Origin: Candidatus Woesearchaeota archaeon | GTDB lineage: Archaea; Nanobdellota; Nanobdellia; Woesearchaeales; UBA10216 | Assembly: GCA_016180105.1 (NCBI GenBank) | Contig: JACPBZ010000026.1 | Location: forward strand, 1 to 57,206 | DNA: 57,206 nucleotides | Direction of reading: 5' to 3' | Part shown: in pieces, positions 1 through 8,046 of the stretch | How the letters are laid out: each line of letters begins with the position of its first letter | Numbering within the stretch: position 1 is the first letter of the stretch | Notes under the pieces: generated by a model | Told to the model about the DNA's origin: nothing | Database searches by the model: none | Seen by the model: only the letters and a program-made list of their open reading frames with translations | Made by a program: the position numbers and the translations under genes

Positions 1-672
1 TATTATCTCAATTTGGCCGATTTCAGAAGTGTTTGCCACGTGTGTCCCGCCGTCTGCCTGCGTGTCTACATCGCCGATTTCCACTATTCGTAAATTTTCA
101 ACCTGCGGCGGCACGGCAGCAGCGAGCTTGACCATTCCGGGAATCTTCAGCGCATCCTCCCGGGGCATGAAGTACATTCTGACGGCTTGATTTCTTTTTA
201 TGGCGTTATTTGCCTCTTTTACGCACTCTTCTATCACGTTGCGGTCAAAATTCTCAAGGTTGAAGTCAAATCTTGCTTGTTCTGTTTCAATCTGGTTTCC
301 GGTTATGAGCGCTCCTGTTTTTTTGTTGATGACTGCTGAAAGTATGTGCGCTGCCGTGTGGTATCTCATCAGCTTGTGCCTTCTTTCCCAGTCAAGGGTG
401 CAGTGCGCGTCATCCCCAACTTTCAGTCCTTCCTTGTCAAGGTAGTGGATTAGCTTGCCGTTTTCCTTTTTGACATCGATAACTGTGTATTCGCCGCTGT
501 TGCTTGTTATCTTTCCCCGGTCAGAGGGCTGCCCTCCTCCGTGGTAGCAGAAGATTGTCTTGTCAAGCTCTGTTCTGTTTCCTTCAGTAGCGATTACCTT
601 CGCATCTGCCTCTTTGGTGTAGCAGTCGTCGAAAAACAGCATTTGCGTCATTGCGTGATGCCTTTTTCCCAT
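1..672 (-). CDS. alaX: AlaX-type alanyl-tRNA trans-editing protein (tRNA_SAD family). The C-terminus runs off the window.
   Basis: Own minus-strand translation; the ORF is absent from the track because it has no stop in the window. Sequence: MGKRHHAMTQMLFFDDCYTKEADAKV...LMRYHTAAHILSAVINKKTG...DTQADGGTHVANTSEIGQIEII. The HxxxH and GGTHV motifs are typical of the AlaRS editing/second additional domain. Start is at 672 or at the internal ATG at 651. Confidence 0.75.
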   Translation of the reverse strand, partial: MGKRHHAMTQMLFFDDCYTKEADAKVIATEGNRTELDKTIFCYHGGGQPSDRGKITSNSGEYTVIDVKKENGKLIHYLDKEGLKVGDDAHCTLDWERRHKLMRYHTAAHILSAVINKKTGALITGNQIETEQARFDFNLENFDRNVIEECVKEANNAIKRNQAVRMYFMPREDALKIPGMVKLAAAVPPQVENLRIVEIGDVDTQADGGTHVANTSEIGQIEII

Positions 673-706
673 AATTTTATATAATTATCGTTGCAGCTTT
701 GCTTTA

Positions 707-1582
707 ATGGTCAAGAAGGACGAGCCTGAACTTATGCTTATTGGCGGCCAGGCTGTGATTGAAGGCGTGCTGATGCGCAGCAAGGAAAAGGCTGCTGTAG
801 CCGTTCGCTCTGAATCTGGCAGGATTGTGGATAAGGAGTGGAAGCTTAGGTCGGCAAGGGGCTTTTTTCGTTATCCTGTGCTCAGGGGAGTTTATGTTCT
901 TTATGACACGCTTGTCCTTGGATTCAAGGCTCTTTCCTTTTCCGCGAATGCCGCAGCCGGTGAGGATGAGAAGGGAAAGGATGTCCTTGGCAAGCGTGAG
1001 ATGCTTGTTTCCTTTGCCTTTGCCATTTTCCTGGCGGTTGCCTTGTTTATCGCCGCGCCCTTGTTCCTTACTAAAGCGATTGTTGGCGGCAACGGCATCC
1101 TGTTCAACCTGGTTGACGGCATCTTTCGCCTTCTGGCCTTCCTTGGCTATCTTGTTTTTATTTCGATGTTCAAGGATGTTCGGAGAATCTTTGAGTATCA
1201 CGGCGCCGAGCATATGACTATTCACGCTTATGAGCATCACGAGCGCCTTTTGCCGGATAAAATCAGGAAATATCCAACTATGCACCCGCGCTGCGGCACG
1301 AGCTTCCTGCTGATTGTGATTCTTGTCAGCATATTGGCTTTTTCGGTCGTTAACCCGGAGGGCTTTGTGCCTAAGTTCCTTTCGAGGATTGTGTTGCTGC
1401 CTGTGATAGCAGGTCTCTCGTATGAGCTTCTCCGCTTGGGAGCAAGGTTTGAGAAGAACTTCGTGATGCGGCTTTTCGTGTTTCCTGGCATTCTTCTTCA
1501 GCGTATCACTACCAAGGAGCCTGACAAGGGCCAGATTCTGGTTGCTGTCGCTGCCCTTAAGTCTGTCTTGAGAAAAAGCTAG
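707..1582 (+). CDS. DUF1385-family membrane protein
   Basis: 291-aa ORF. It has an N-terminal GGQAVIEGVLMRS motif, an HGAEH motif and several hydrophobic helices, which is the layout I associate with DUF1385. Confidence 0.65.
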   Translation: MVKKDEPELMLIGGQAVIEGVLMRSKEKAAVAVRSESGRIVDKEWKLRSARGFFRYPVLRGVYVLYDTLVLGFKALSFSANAAAGEDEKGKDVLGKREMLVSFAFAIFLAVALFIAAPLFLTKAIVGGNGILFNLVDGIFRLLAFLGYLVFISMFKDVRRIFEYHGAEHMTIHAYEHHERLLPDKIRKYPTMHPRCGTSFLLIVILVSILAFSVVNPEGFVPKFLSRIVLLPVIAGLSYELLRLGARFEKNFVMRLFVFPGILLQRITTKEPDKGQILVAVAALKSVLRKS

Positions 1583-1755
1583 TGCTTGTTCCTTTCTTCT
1601 TTTTCAGTGTCCTGCTGTGAAACCTCGTCTATGAGGTCCTGCATCTGGCTTGCCTTCTCAATGGTGCCAACCTTGTCGCAGTAGGGGCACCTGTTCGGCA
1701 GCTTGTCTGTCTTTGGAAGGAACTGGTAGTTGCAGCTCGTGCAGTAAAGCTTCAT
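1579..1755 (-). CDS. Small zinc-ribbon protein (58 aa), below the ORF-track cutoff
   Basis: Own translation: MKLYCTSCNYQFLPKTDKLPNRCPYCDKVGTIEKASQMQDLIDEVSQQDTEKEERNKH. It has CxxC...CxxC spacing. Its stop overlaps the convergent DUF1385 stop. A TATTTAAAT box lies about 30 nt upstream on the minus strand (1781-1789). Confidence 0.55.
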   Translation of the reverse strand: MKLYCTSCNYQFLPKTDKLPNRCPYCDKVGTIEKASQMQDLIDEVSQQDTEKEERNKH

Positions 1756-1808
1756 GTTTTTTTTTCTTCGCGACTAAAGTATTTAAATTTTTTCCAAGAA
1801 GGATTTTT

Positions 1809-2387
1809 TCACTTCGTCCTGTTGTGTGCCCTGAGGCTTGGCCTTATCTTTTCTGAGCCGATTCCCTTGTGGAACAATCCTCTCCTTCTTTTTCCTGCTG
1901 AAGTCATTGCGCGGAATGCCCTTCGCCTCGAAGCCGGGTTTGTCGCAAGCCAGCTGAGGCTTTTGTCGTCAAGTATTGATGGGCTTTCCGGGTCGACCAG
2001 GATTATTTCGTACCAGTAATGTTTTCCATCCTGCCCTGCGTAGTAGGAGTTGAGGACTTCCATGTTTGGGAATTTCCTTGCCGCCCTTTCCTCTGCGACC
2101 TGCTGGTAGTTCTTGCTGAGGATCTTGTTTTGTCGTGAGTGTGATGTTTTCCTGACTTTCCTTATCTGTGGTCTTTGCCTTCCGCCCCTGTCAACCCGCT
2201 GCCTTACCATTATCACTCCTTGCTTTGCCTTGTATCCGAGTGAGTGTGCCCTGTCGAGCCTTGTGGGGGCCGGTATCCTGACAGTTGCTCCTTCAGTTCT
2301 CCACTTGATAAGCCTCTCTTTCTGGGCAGCTTCCCATTCTTCTGGCTGCTTCTGCCATTTTTTGCTTAGCTCAGAGTAAAGACTCAT
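1809..2387 (-). CDS. rpl15e: 50S ribosomal protein L15e
   Basis: The C-terminal 192 aa of the 262-aa track ORF, starting MSLYSELSKKWQK...RLDRAHSLGYKAKQGVIMVRQRVDRGGR...YWYEIILVDP, match the L15e pattern. The upstream 70 codons look like a spurious extension. Confidence 0.9.
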   Translation of the reverse strand: MSLYSELSKKWQKQPEEWEAAQKERLIKWRTEGATVRIPAPTRLDRAHSLGYKAKQGVIMVRQRVDRGGRQRPQIRKVRKTSHSRQNKILSKNYQQVAEERAARKFPNMEVLNSYYAGQDGKHYWYEIILVDPESPSILDDKSLSWLATNPASRRRAFRAMTSAGKRRRGLFHKGIGSEKIRPSLRAHNRTK

Positions 2388-2487
2388 GACTGTGGGATTT
2401 TCGGAGTGCTTTATAAGTGTTGCGGTGAAGAATAGTGGTGTGGGATGGCAGTAACTTTTATAAGAAGGGCTTGTTAGTGGTTTTATT

Positions 2488-2805
2488 ATGAACTCCAATG
2501 ACAAGGTTTTGGCTGTGATGACCCACGTTCTTGGAATCTTTACTGGCTTTATCGGGCCTTTGGTTGTTTTTCTGGTCACTAAGAGCAAGCCTGTCAAGCG
2601 CCACGCGCGGAATGCGCTGAACTGGCAGTTGAGCAGGCTGATTTACACCCTGGTTTCCGTGGTGCTTGTCCTTGTCCTGGTTGGTTTTGTTTTCTTGATG
2701 ATTCTTTCTCTTGTCAATCTTGTCTTTTGCATTATCGCTGCCGTGAGGGCTGGCAATGGCGAGGAGTGGGAGTATCCGCTTTCGATAAGGTTCCTGAAGG
2801 CGTAA
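2488..2805 (+). CDS. Small membrane protein, DUF4870-like
   Basis: 105 aa. The motif VLAVMTHVLGIFTGFIGPLVVFL...ARNALNWQLS and two or three TM helices resemble DUF4870. A TTTTATAAG box lies about 30 nt upstream. Confidence 0.55.
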   Translation: MNSNDKVLAVMTHVLGIFTGFIGPLVVFLVTKSKPVKRHARNALNWQLSRLIYTLVSVVLVLVLVGFVFLMILSLVNLVFCIIAAVRAGNGEEWEYPLSIRFLKA

Positions 2806-2886
2806 GCAGGCATCACAATATTTAAATAGAGCTTTGCCTCAAAGTGTTGCTATCCTTCAATAAGTACTAAGACTTGGGTGTGGTAA

Positions 2887-3882
2887 ATGGCTGCTGATTC
2901 CTTTATTGCTTTTGTTGAGAGATTTCCGGAGCACGTTTCAGAGGCTCGTAACCTTGGCCTTGACGTAAAGGTTTCCGGTGTGGACAAGGTTGTTGTTGCC
3001 GGGATTGGCGGCTCTGCCATTTCGGGTGACTTGCTTAAGAGTTACTGCTCGGAAAAGGCTCCTGGCTTGCACGTTCACGTTTCAAGGGGTTATGATGTTC
3101 CTGCTTTCACTGATAACAGGACGCTTGTCCTGGCGATTTCATATTCTGGAAACACTGAGGAGACGCTGTCTGCCGTCAAGTCGGCAATGAGGAAGGGTGC
3201 GAGGATTGTCGCCATTACTTCTGGGGGTAAGCTTATGCAGCAGGCTGAGCAGCTCAACCGGCCTGTTGTGGCCATTCCGGATGGCTTTCAGCCGAGGGCA
3301 GCCATGCCATATCTTTTCTTGCCCCTCCTTAACGTGCTTTTCAATGCAGGGCTTATTGCTGACCCTGCTCAGGAGATTTCTGCGGCTGCAGGTGCCCTGA
3401 AGGCTGCGTCTTCTGCGTATAGGGAGCGGGCGAGGATGCTGGCTGATAAGCTTGCGGGCAAGGTTCCACTGATTTACTCTTCTGAGAAAATGGCTGGGGT
3501 TGCCTACCGCTGGAAATGTGAGTTTAATGAGAATTCGAAGATTCACGCATTTAGCCACGTAATTCCAGAGCTTAACCACAATGAGCTTGTTGGCTACACT
3601 AGGCTGAACGCGAACTATTATGTTATTTTCCTTGAGGATGATTCTGATTTGAGGAGGGTCAAGGAGCGCATTAAGCTCACGAAGGAGCTTATTGGCGCCA
3701 AGGGGGTTCCGTCCACTCAGCTTGTGATAAAGGGTGATAATGTTCTTATGAAACTCCTGTCGGCAGTTTACATTGGCGATCTTGCAAGCGTCTACCTTGC
3801 TAAGCTTACCGGCGTGGACCCTGAGCCGGTGGCCATCATAGAGGATTTGAAGAAGCAGCTTCAGCGAGTGCCTTTTGTCTAG
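2887..3882 (+). CDS. Bifunctional phosphoglucose/phosphomannose isomerase (SIS domain)
   Basis: 331 aa. It has GIGGSAISGDL and ISYSGNTEET SIS motifs and a C-terminal HNELVG region, typical of archaeal PGI/PMI. Confidence 0.8.
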   Translation: MAADSFIAFVERFPEHVSEARNLGLDVKVSGVDKVVVAGIGGSAISGDLLKSYCSEKAPGLHVHVSRGYDVPAFTDNRTLVLAISYSGNTEETLSAVKSAMRKGARIVAITSGGKLMQQAEQLNRPVVAIPDGFQPRAAMPYLFLPLLNVLFNAGLIADPAQEISAAAGALKAASSAYRERARMLADKLAGKVPLIYSSEKMAGVAYRWKCEFNENSKIHAFSHVIPELNHNELVGYTRLNANYYVIFLEDDSDLRRVKERIKLTKELIGAKGVPSTQLVIKGDNVLMKLLSAVYIGDLASVYLAKLTGVDPEPVAIIEDLKKQLQRVPFV

Positions 3883-4118
3883 GCTTTGTAACTTCTCAGG
3901 ATAAGAATCGTTGCAGTTGCAGCAATGGCCGTGAGCAATATCCCAATCAGGAGCATTTTCCTGTCGCTTGCAAAGCCAAAAGGTATGAATCCGAGGAAGC
4001 CCACCACTGAGAACTTGGCGTTGCCTTTTCCCGCTGCAGATGCCAGACTGAGGAATATCGCTATTATCCCGATGAACGTGAGGAGGATTCCGAGCTGCAG
4101 GAGCTGGTTATTTGGCAT
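3879..4118 (-). CDS. Small integral membrane protein (possibly DUF131/TIGR00304-like)
   Basis: 79 aa with three hydrophobic helices. It overlaps the next gene by 11 nt, which suggests a coupled pair. Confidence 0.45.
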   Translation of the reverse strand: MPNNQLLQLGILLTFIGIIAIFLSLASAAGKGNAKFSVVGFLGFIPFGFASDRKMLLIGILLTAIAATATILILRSYKA

Positions 4119-4416
4119 TTTCTGCTGAATAGGCTGTTTGGGGCTTTGGCTTGTATTGCTGCCAGCTTAATCGCCTGCCTTGGTGGGTGGTGACTTCCAC
4201 AAGCCCCGTTCCAGGTATGACCGTAAGCTTTTCTTCAGGGTTTCTTATTACGTATCTTGATTTTCCCTCGAGCATCAGGGGCACTTCTGCAAGCCTTTGG
4301 TCTACAAGAAGCACATAAAGCACTGCGTGGCCATCCAGTCCTGTATCAAAGTCAATTCCAAGATTATTCCCCTCGCCTATCAGCTTACTCAGGTGAATGT
4401 CCAGGCTTGTTACCAT
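4108..4416 (-). CDS. Hypothetical protein
   Basis: 102-aa ORF, translationally coupled to the 79-aa membrane protein. I recognise no motif. Confidence 0.4.
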   Translation of the reverse strand: MVTSLDIHLSKLIGEGNNLGIDFDTGLDGHAVLYVLLVDQRLAEVPLMLEGKSRYVIRNPEEKLTVIPGTGLVEVTTHQGRRLSWQQYKPKPQTAYSAENAK

Positions 4417-4492
4417 TCGTGATCTGGGCTGCTGATTGATTATTTAAATTTTTTTCATAAAATTTTTATGGCGCGCGTCTTCAGTTGCCGCC

Positions 4493-6796
4493 ATGCTAAT
4501 AAAGAGTGTGAAGCTTCATAACATTCGCAGTTACTTGAGCCAGGATGTGGCTATTCCTGAGGGCACTGTTCTTCTCTCAGGCGATATAGGCTCTGGAAAG
4601 TCCACTATTCTTCTTGCGATTGAGTTTGCGCTTTTCGGCATTAATAAGGGACTCCTTTCGGGTGAGGCGTTGCTTCGGAATGGCAAGCAGTCGGGCTTTG
4701 TTGAGCTTGCTTTCTCCTTTGATGGCCGTGATGTTGTGATACGGCGCAGCTTAAAGCGCGTGAAGGATTCCGTGCGGCAGGATGAGGGATTCATTTCTGT
4801 TAACGGCTTGAAGCAGTTCTGCACTGCTGATGAAATCAAGGCGCGCGTTCTGGAAATGCTTGGCTATCCTAAGGAGCTGCTGAGGAAGTCAAAAGGCCTG
4901 ATTTACCGCTTTACTGTTTACACTCCCCAGGAGGATATGAAGCGCATCCTGTTTGAGGACCCTCAGGCAAGGCTTGACACCTTGCGGAGGGTTTTTCAGA
5001 TTGAGAAGTACAAGCTTGTTCGTGAAGGCACTGCGATAGTCCTTCAGGCCCTCCGTGAAAGGCGCCGCGAGCTTGCAGCGAGAATTGAGGACCTTCCCCA
5101 GAAGCAGGAGCAGCTTTCAAAAATTTCGGGTGACTTGGCTGCAATTGATGCCCGGGCGAAAGTGTTGTTGCCTCTGATTGAGAGTTCTGAAACTTCTGTC
5201 AGCGAAAAGAAGGCGCAATTGAGGGCGCTTGAGGAAAAGTCCAGGGAGATCTCTCTGTTGAAAAGCAGGTTTGCGGCATTAATTGCTATTTTTGAGGAAA
5301 AAAGGAGCTTGATGGCGCTGCGGGAAAAGGAAGTCAGCTCTCTGAAAAGTGAAATAGCATTGCTCCAAGAAGGGTTATCTGATAATTCCTCTGCCTTGTC
5401 ACAGCTTTCATTCTCGCTCTCAAGGCTCAAGTCTTTTTCGGATTATCTCCTGGGTGACATTGGTGCTAAAAAGCAGCTTGAGGGGGAATTAGCTTCTGCT
5501 GAGCAGCTTAAGTCCGAGGCGGAATCTGAGCTGGGCAGGAATGAGGCGCTTAAGGCGTCTGCGCAGCAGCTTTTGGAAAAAATATCTGCCCTGTCAAGCT
5601 GCCCTACCTGCCTTCAGCCTGTTGAATCCGGCCACAAGCATAGTGTTTCAGCCGAGCAGGAGAGCAGGATTGCTGGTTTTGCAGTGAACATCGCGTCGGC
5701 TTCTGGAAGAAAGTCATCATCGCTCCAGAGGATAATCTCTCTTAGGACAAGGCTTGTTGATATTCAGTCGAAGGAGAAGATTGTTGCAGTGCTTTCTTCC
5801 GAGCTTAAGCCTTACTTTGAGTTGGCGTCTGTTTTCAATGTCAGCCTGCATTCGCAGCAGGTTCAGCAGTTTGGGAACCAGTCTCAGGTCTTGCAGCAGG
5901 CGATGAGGCCTGTTCTCTCCGTGGCCGAAATGCAGGCGGAGCTTTCCATTCTTTCCTCTGCAAGGAAAGCTTTGGACGCCTCAAGGGAGCGCACGCTGCT
6001 TGCTTCAGAGAAGGAGAAGGTTATTTCGCTCGCGGAGCGTCAGGTGAGCTCGTGGAAGTCAGAGCTTCAGGCTCTTGATTCTGAGAAGGGAATTCTTTTA
6101 GCGTCGATTGAGCGTTTTGGGGATGTTCAGGCAGAGTCAGCGGCTCTTCACTCTGAATTGGACAGGCTTGTTAATGACCATACGGCCTTGATGATGCAAA
6201 AAGCCGCCCTTGAACGGGAAATCGAGAGCCTTTCAGCGGCGGCAAAATCCCTTGCTGGGGAAATCGCGCGAAAGGAGTCTGCAAGGAAGGAGCTTGAAAG
6301 CTCATCCAACCTGGCTTTTTGGCTTGATGAGATGTTTACGGGCCTTGTTTCCGTTATTGAACGGCACGTCATGATGAAAGTTCATCAGGAATTTAATGTC
6401 CTTTTCAGGGATTGGTTCACGATGCTGATGGGCACGGATTCGCTCTCGGCGAGGATTGATGAGGAGTTTACTCCTGTTGTGGAGCAGGATGGCTTTGACA
6501 CCCCGATTGAAAATCTTTCAGGGGGAGAGAAGACGAGTTGCGCGCTCGCATACAGGCTTGCTCTCAATGTGGTCATAAACAATCTCGTTTCCACAATCCG
6601 CACAAAGGATTTGCTCATTCTCGATGAGCCCACTGATGGTTTCAGCTCAGAGCAGCTTGACAAGCTTCGCGATGTGCTGATGCAGATGCAGCTGCCGCAG
6701 GTCATAATCGTGAGCCACGAGGACAAGATTGAGAGTTTTGTCCAGCACGTCATACGCGTCCAGAAGGAGCAGCACGTCAGCAGGGTTGTGGCATAA
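4493..6796 (+). CDS. rad50: Rad50 / SMC-like DNA double-strand break repair ATPase
   Basis: 767 aa. It has Walker A GDIGSGKST, long coiled-coil regions, a central CPTC zinc hook (SSCPTCLQP), the signature LSGGEKT, Walker B LLILDEPT and an IIVSHE H-loop. Confidence 0.9.
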   Translation: MLIKSVKLHNIRSYLSQDVAIPEGTVLLSGDIGSGKSTILLAIEFALFGINKGLLSGEALLRNGKQSGFVELAFSFDGRDVVIRRSLKRVKDSVRQDEGFISVNGLKQFCTADEIKARVLEMLGYPKELLRKSKGLIYRFTVYTPQEDMKRILFEDPQARLDTLRRVFQIEKYKLVREGTAIVLQALRERRRELAARIEDLPQKQEQLSKISGDLAAIDARAKVLLPLIESSETSVSEKKAQLRALEEKSREISLLKSRFAALIAIFEEKRSLMALREKEVSSLKSEIALLQEGLSDNSSALSQLSFSLSRLKSFSDYLLGDIGAKKQLEGELASAEQLKSEAESELGRNEALKASAQQLLEKISALSSCPTCLQPVESGHKHSVSAEQESRIAGFAVNIASASGRKSSSLQRIISLRTRLVDIQSKEKIVAVLSSELKPYFELASVFNVSLHSQQVQQFGNQSQVLQQAMRPVLSVAEMQAELSILSSARKALDASRERTLLASEKEKVISLAERQVSSWKSELQALDSEKGILLASIERFGDVQAESAALHSELDRLVNDHTALMMQKAALEREIESLSAAAKSLAGEIARKESARKELESSSNLAFWLDEMFTGLVSVIERHVMMKVHQEFNVLFRDWFTMLMGTDSLSARIDEEFTPVVEQDGFDTPIENLSGGEKTSCALAYRLALNVVINNLVSTIRTKDLLILDEPTDGFSSEQLDKLRDVLMQMQLPQVIIVSHEDKIESFVQHVIRVQKEQHVSRVVA

Positions 6797-6887
6797 ACTA
6801 AGGCACTAAACTGCTGCAAACGCTGCTAGTCCTGTGAGGATATATGCCAAGTCAGATTTCTCAATCGTAACCAATTCTTTTGTATTT

Positions 6888-7095
6888 GGGATTTAATGTC
6901 GGAATTCCACTATTCTCTGAATAGTGGTTTACGCAGTAAACCGTAATTGATATGTGGAATTCTGAGCACTAAGCAGCATCGGTGTTGACCGATGCGCAGA
7001 CAGCACCGACATCAGTCGATGCGCAGAGACAGCAAAGCTGTCTCTGAACCACCAGTCACTATGGTTATTAAATCCCACCCGTTTCTGACGGGTGG
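6888..7095. ncRNA. Hairpin-dense non-coding element of unknown class, a candidate structured RNA
   Basis: A 10-bp closing pair, gggatttaat (6888-6897) with attaaatccc (7067-7076), encloses five perfect or near-perfect hairpins with 7-10 bp stems: 6907-6927, 6926-6942, 6976-6995, 7003-7022 and 7024-7046. A sixth hairpin (7075-7095) lies just outside the closing pair, overlapping its 3' arm by 2 nt. There is no ORF. The strand is undetermined. Confidence 0.3.
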
Positions 7096-7235
7096 TTCTT
7101 TAGTAAGCCTTTCCCAGCTTTTTCTGTAATTTTCCTGAGATTACGTGAATGTTGTGGTAGTTGTCGAATTTCTTCCACAGTTCAGTTTTTTTTTCGCGTA
7201 AAATATTCGCCGTTGCCGTGAATCTTCCATAAGCC

Positions 7236-7243
7236 TTTTAAAC
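7236..7243 (+). promoter_or_regulatory. TATA box for tRNA-Pro
   Basis: ttttaaac lies 26-33 nt upstream of the tRNA 5' end. Confidence 0.5.
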
Positions 7244-7268
7244 AATCTTCTGCTCCGTTTCCTGCATT

Positions 7269-7340
7269 GGGGCCGTGGTCCAGTTGGTAAGACATACCCT
7301 TGGGGTGGGTATAACCCGGGTTCGAATCCTGGCGGCCCCA
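7269..7340 (+). tRNA. tRNA-Pro (anticodon GGG), intron-less, CCA not encoded
   Basis: Hand-folded cloverleaf. Acceptor ggggccg/cggcccc, anticodon stem taccc/gggta with loop ttGGGgt, T arm ccggg-ttcgaat-cctgg, discriminator a. Confidence 0.85.
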
Positions 7341-7361
7341 CTTGTGAAGCAAGGGCCGCAA

Positions 7362-7460
7362 GGCTACGAGCATCAGCGAGTTTGTCCAGTGACCGGTGGG
7401 TTGCTGGGCTACGAGCATCAGCGAGTTTGTCCAGTGACCGGTGGGTTGCTGGGCTACGAG
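7362..7460. repeat. Perfect 45-bp tandem repeat, 2.2 copies
   Basis: The unit ggctacgagcatcagcgagtttgtccagtgaccggtgggttgctg occurs at 7362-7406 and 7407-7451, with a partial copy at 7452-7460. It starts 21 nt downstream of tRNA-Pro. Confidence 0.95.
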
Positions 7461-7467
7461 TCCACAA

Positions 7468-7474
7468 TTTTTTT
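7468..7474 (+). terminator. Oligo-T terminator (T7)
   Basis: A run of 7 T immediately follows the tandem repeat. Archaeal RNA polymerase terminates at oligo-T. Confidence 0.5.
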
Positions 7475-7498
7475 AGCTGGGATTGTTTTCCCGCTCCC

Positions 7499-7987
7499 AT
7501 GGCTTCACAAAAGCTTACTGACGCGGAAATTGGGAGCGTGCTTTCTCTCATTTTCCCAATGAGTGAAGCATCCTGCCTGGGCTTGTTTTTGGAAGAAAGG
7601 GCATTGCAGCCCTGGTTTAAGCTGTTGAAATCATCGCGAGTTATTGAGATAGGGCCTGGGCTTAACCCAATCGCAAGCTATTTTCCCTGCGGCGAATATG
7701 TTGCTGCAGAAGCCCATACTGGGATAGATGGTTTGACAGTGTTGAGGAGGCAGCCTGAAAGGAGTGCTGTTGTCGTTTCTTTCAATGTTATTGACGATTT
7801 TGTTTTGGGAGCGGGCTATGAACTCTATGGGGAGGCTCTTAATTCCCGTTATGCCTGCGAATTGGCTGAAGAGATAAAACGCGTCATGAATCCCTTTGCG
7901 ATTATCCTCGGGGCAGATGCCACGAAATATCTTGGCCGACCTGACATTCCCGCTTTGAATTTTGGAGGGGTTTACCTTCCCCAGTAA
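7499..7987 (+). CDS. Hypothetical protein (weak SAM-methyltransferase-like VIEIGPGLNP motif)
   Basis: Taken as the last 162 aa of the 201-aa track ORF, from the ATG at 7499. The upstream codons lie in the tandem repeat. Confidence 0.45.
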   Translation: MASQKLTDAEIGSVLSLIFPMSEASCLGLFLEERALQPWFKLLKSSRVIEIGPGLNPIASYFPCGEYVAAEAHTGIDGLTVLRRQPERSAVVVSFNVIDDFVLGAGYELYGEALNSRYACELAEEIKRVMNPFAIILGADATKYLGRPDIPALNFGGVYLPQ

Positions 7988-8046
7988 CTGCCACAAAGTA
8001 TATAAATACCCCTGGCCAGTTTTAATGCTGCTCGGGGTTTTATCAA

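Noticed and set aside
2388-2597. N-terminal 70-codon extension of the L15e ORF
   Set aside because: Homology to L15e begins at MSLYSEL (2387). The extension would overlap the divergent promoter and the neighbouring gene start.
6888-7095. Replication origin with ORB-like boxes (ggaattccac / gtggaattc)
   Set aside because: There is no orc1/cdc6 nearby and no AT-rich unwinding element between the boxes. The similarity to the ORB consensus is limited to TCCAC/GTGGA.
7362-7460. Possible mini-CRISPR array
   Set aside because: The 45-bp units are directly adjacent and identical, with no unique spacers. There are no cas genes, and the periodicity is too short for repeat plus spacer.
7141-7562. ORFs of 136, 78 and 95 aa, plus the first 39 codons of the 201-aa ORF
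   Set aside because: They run through tRNA-Pro and the 45-bp tandem repeat. Their repeated peptide segments are a by-product of the DNA repeat.
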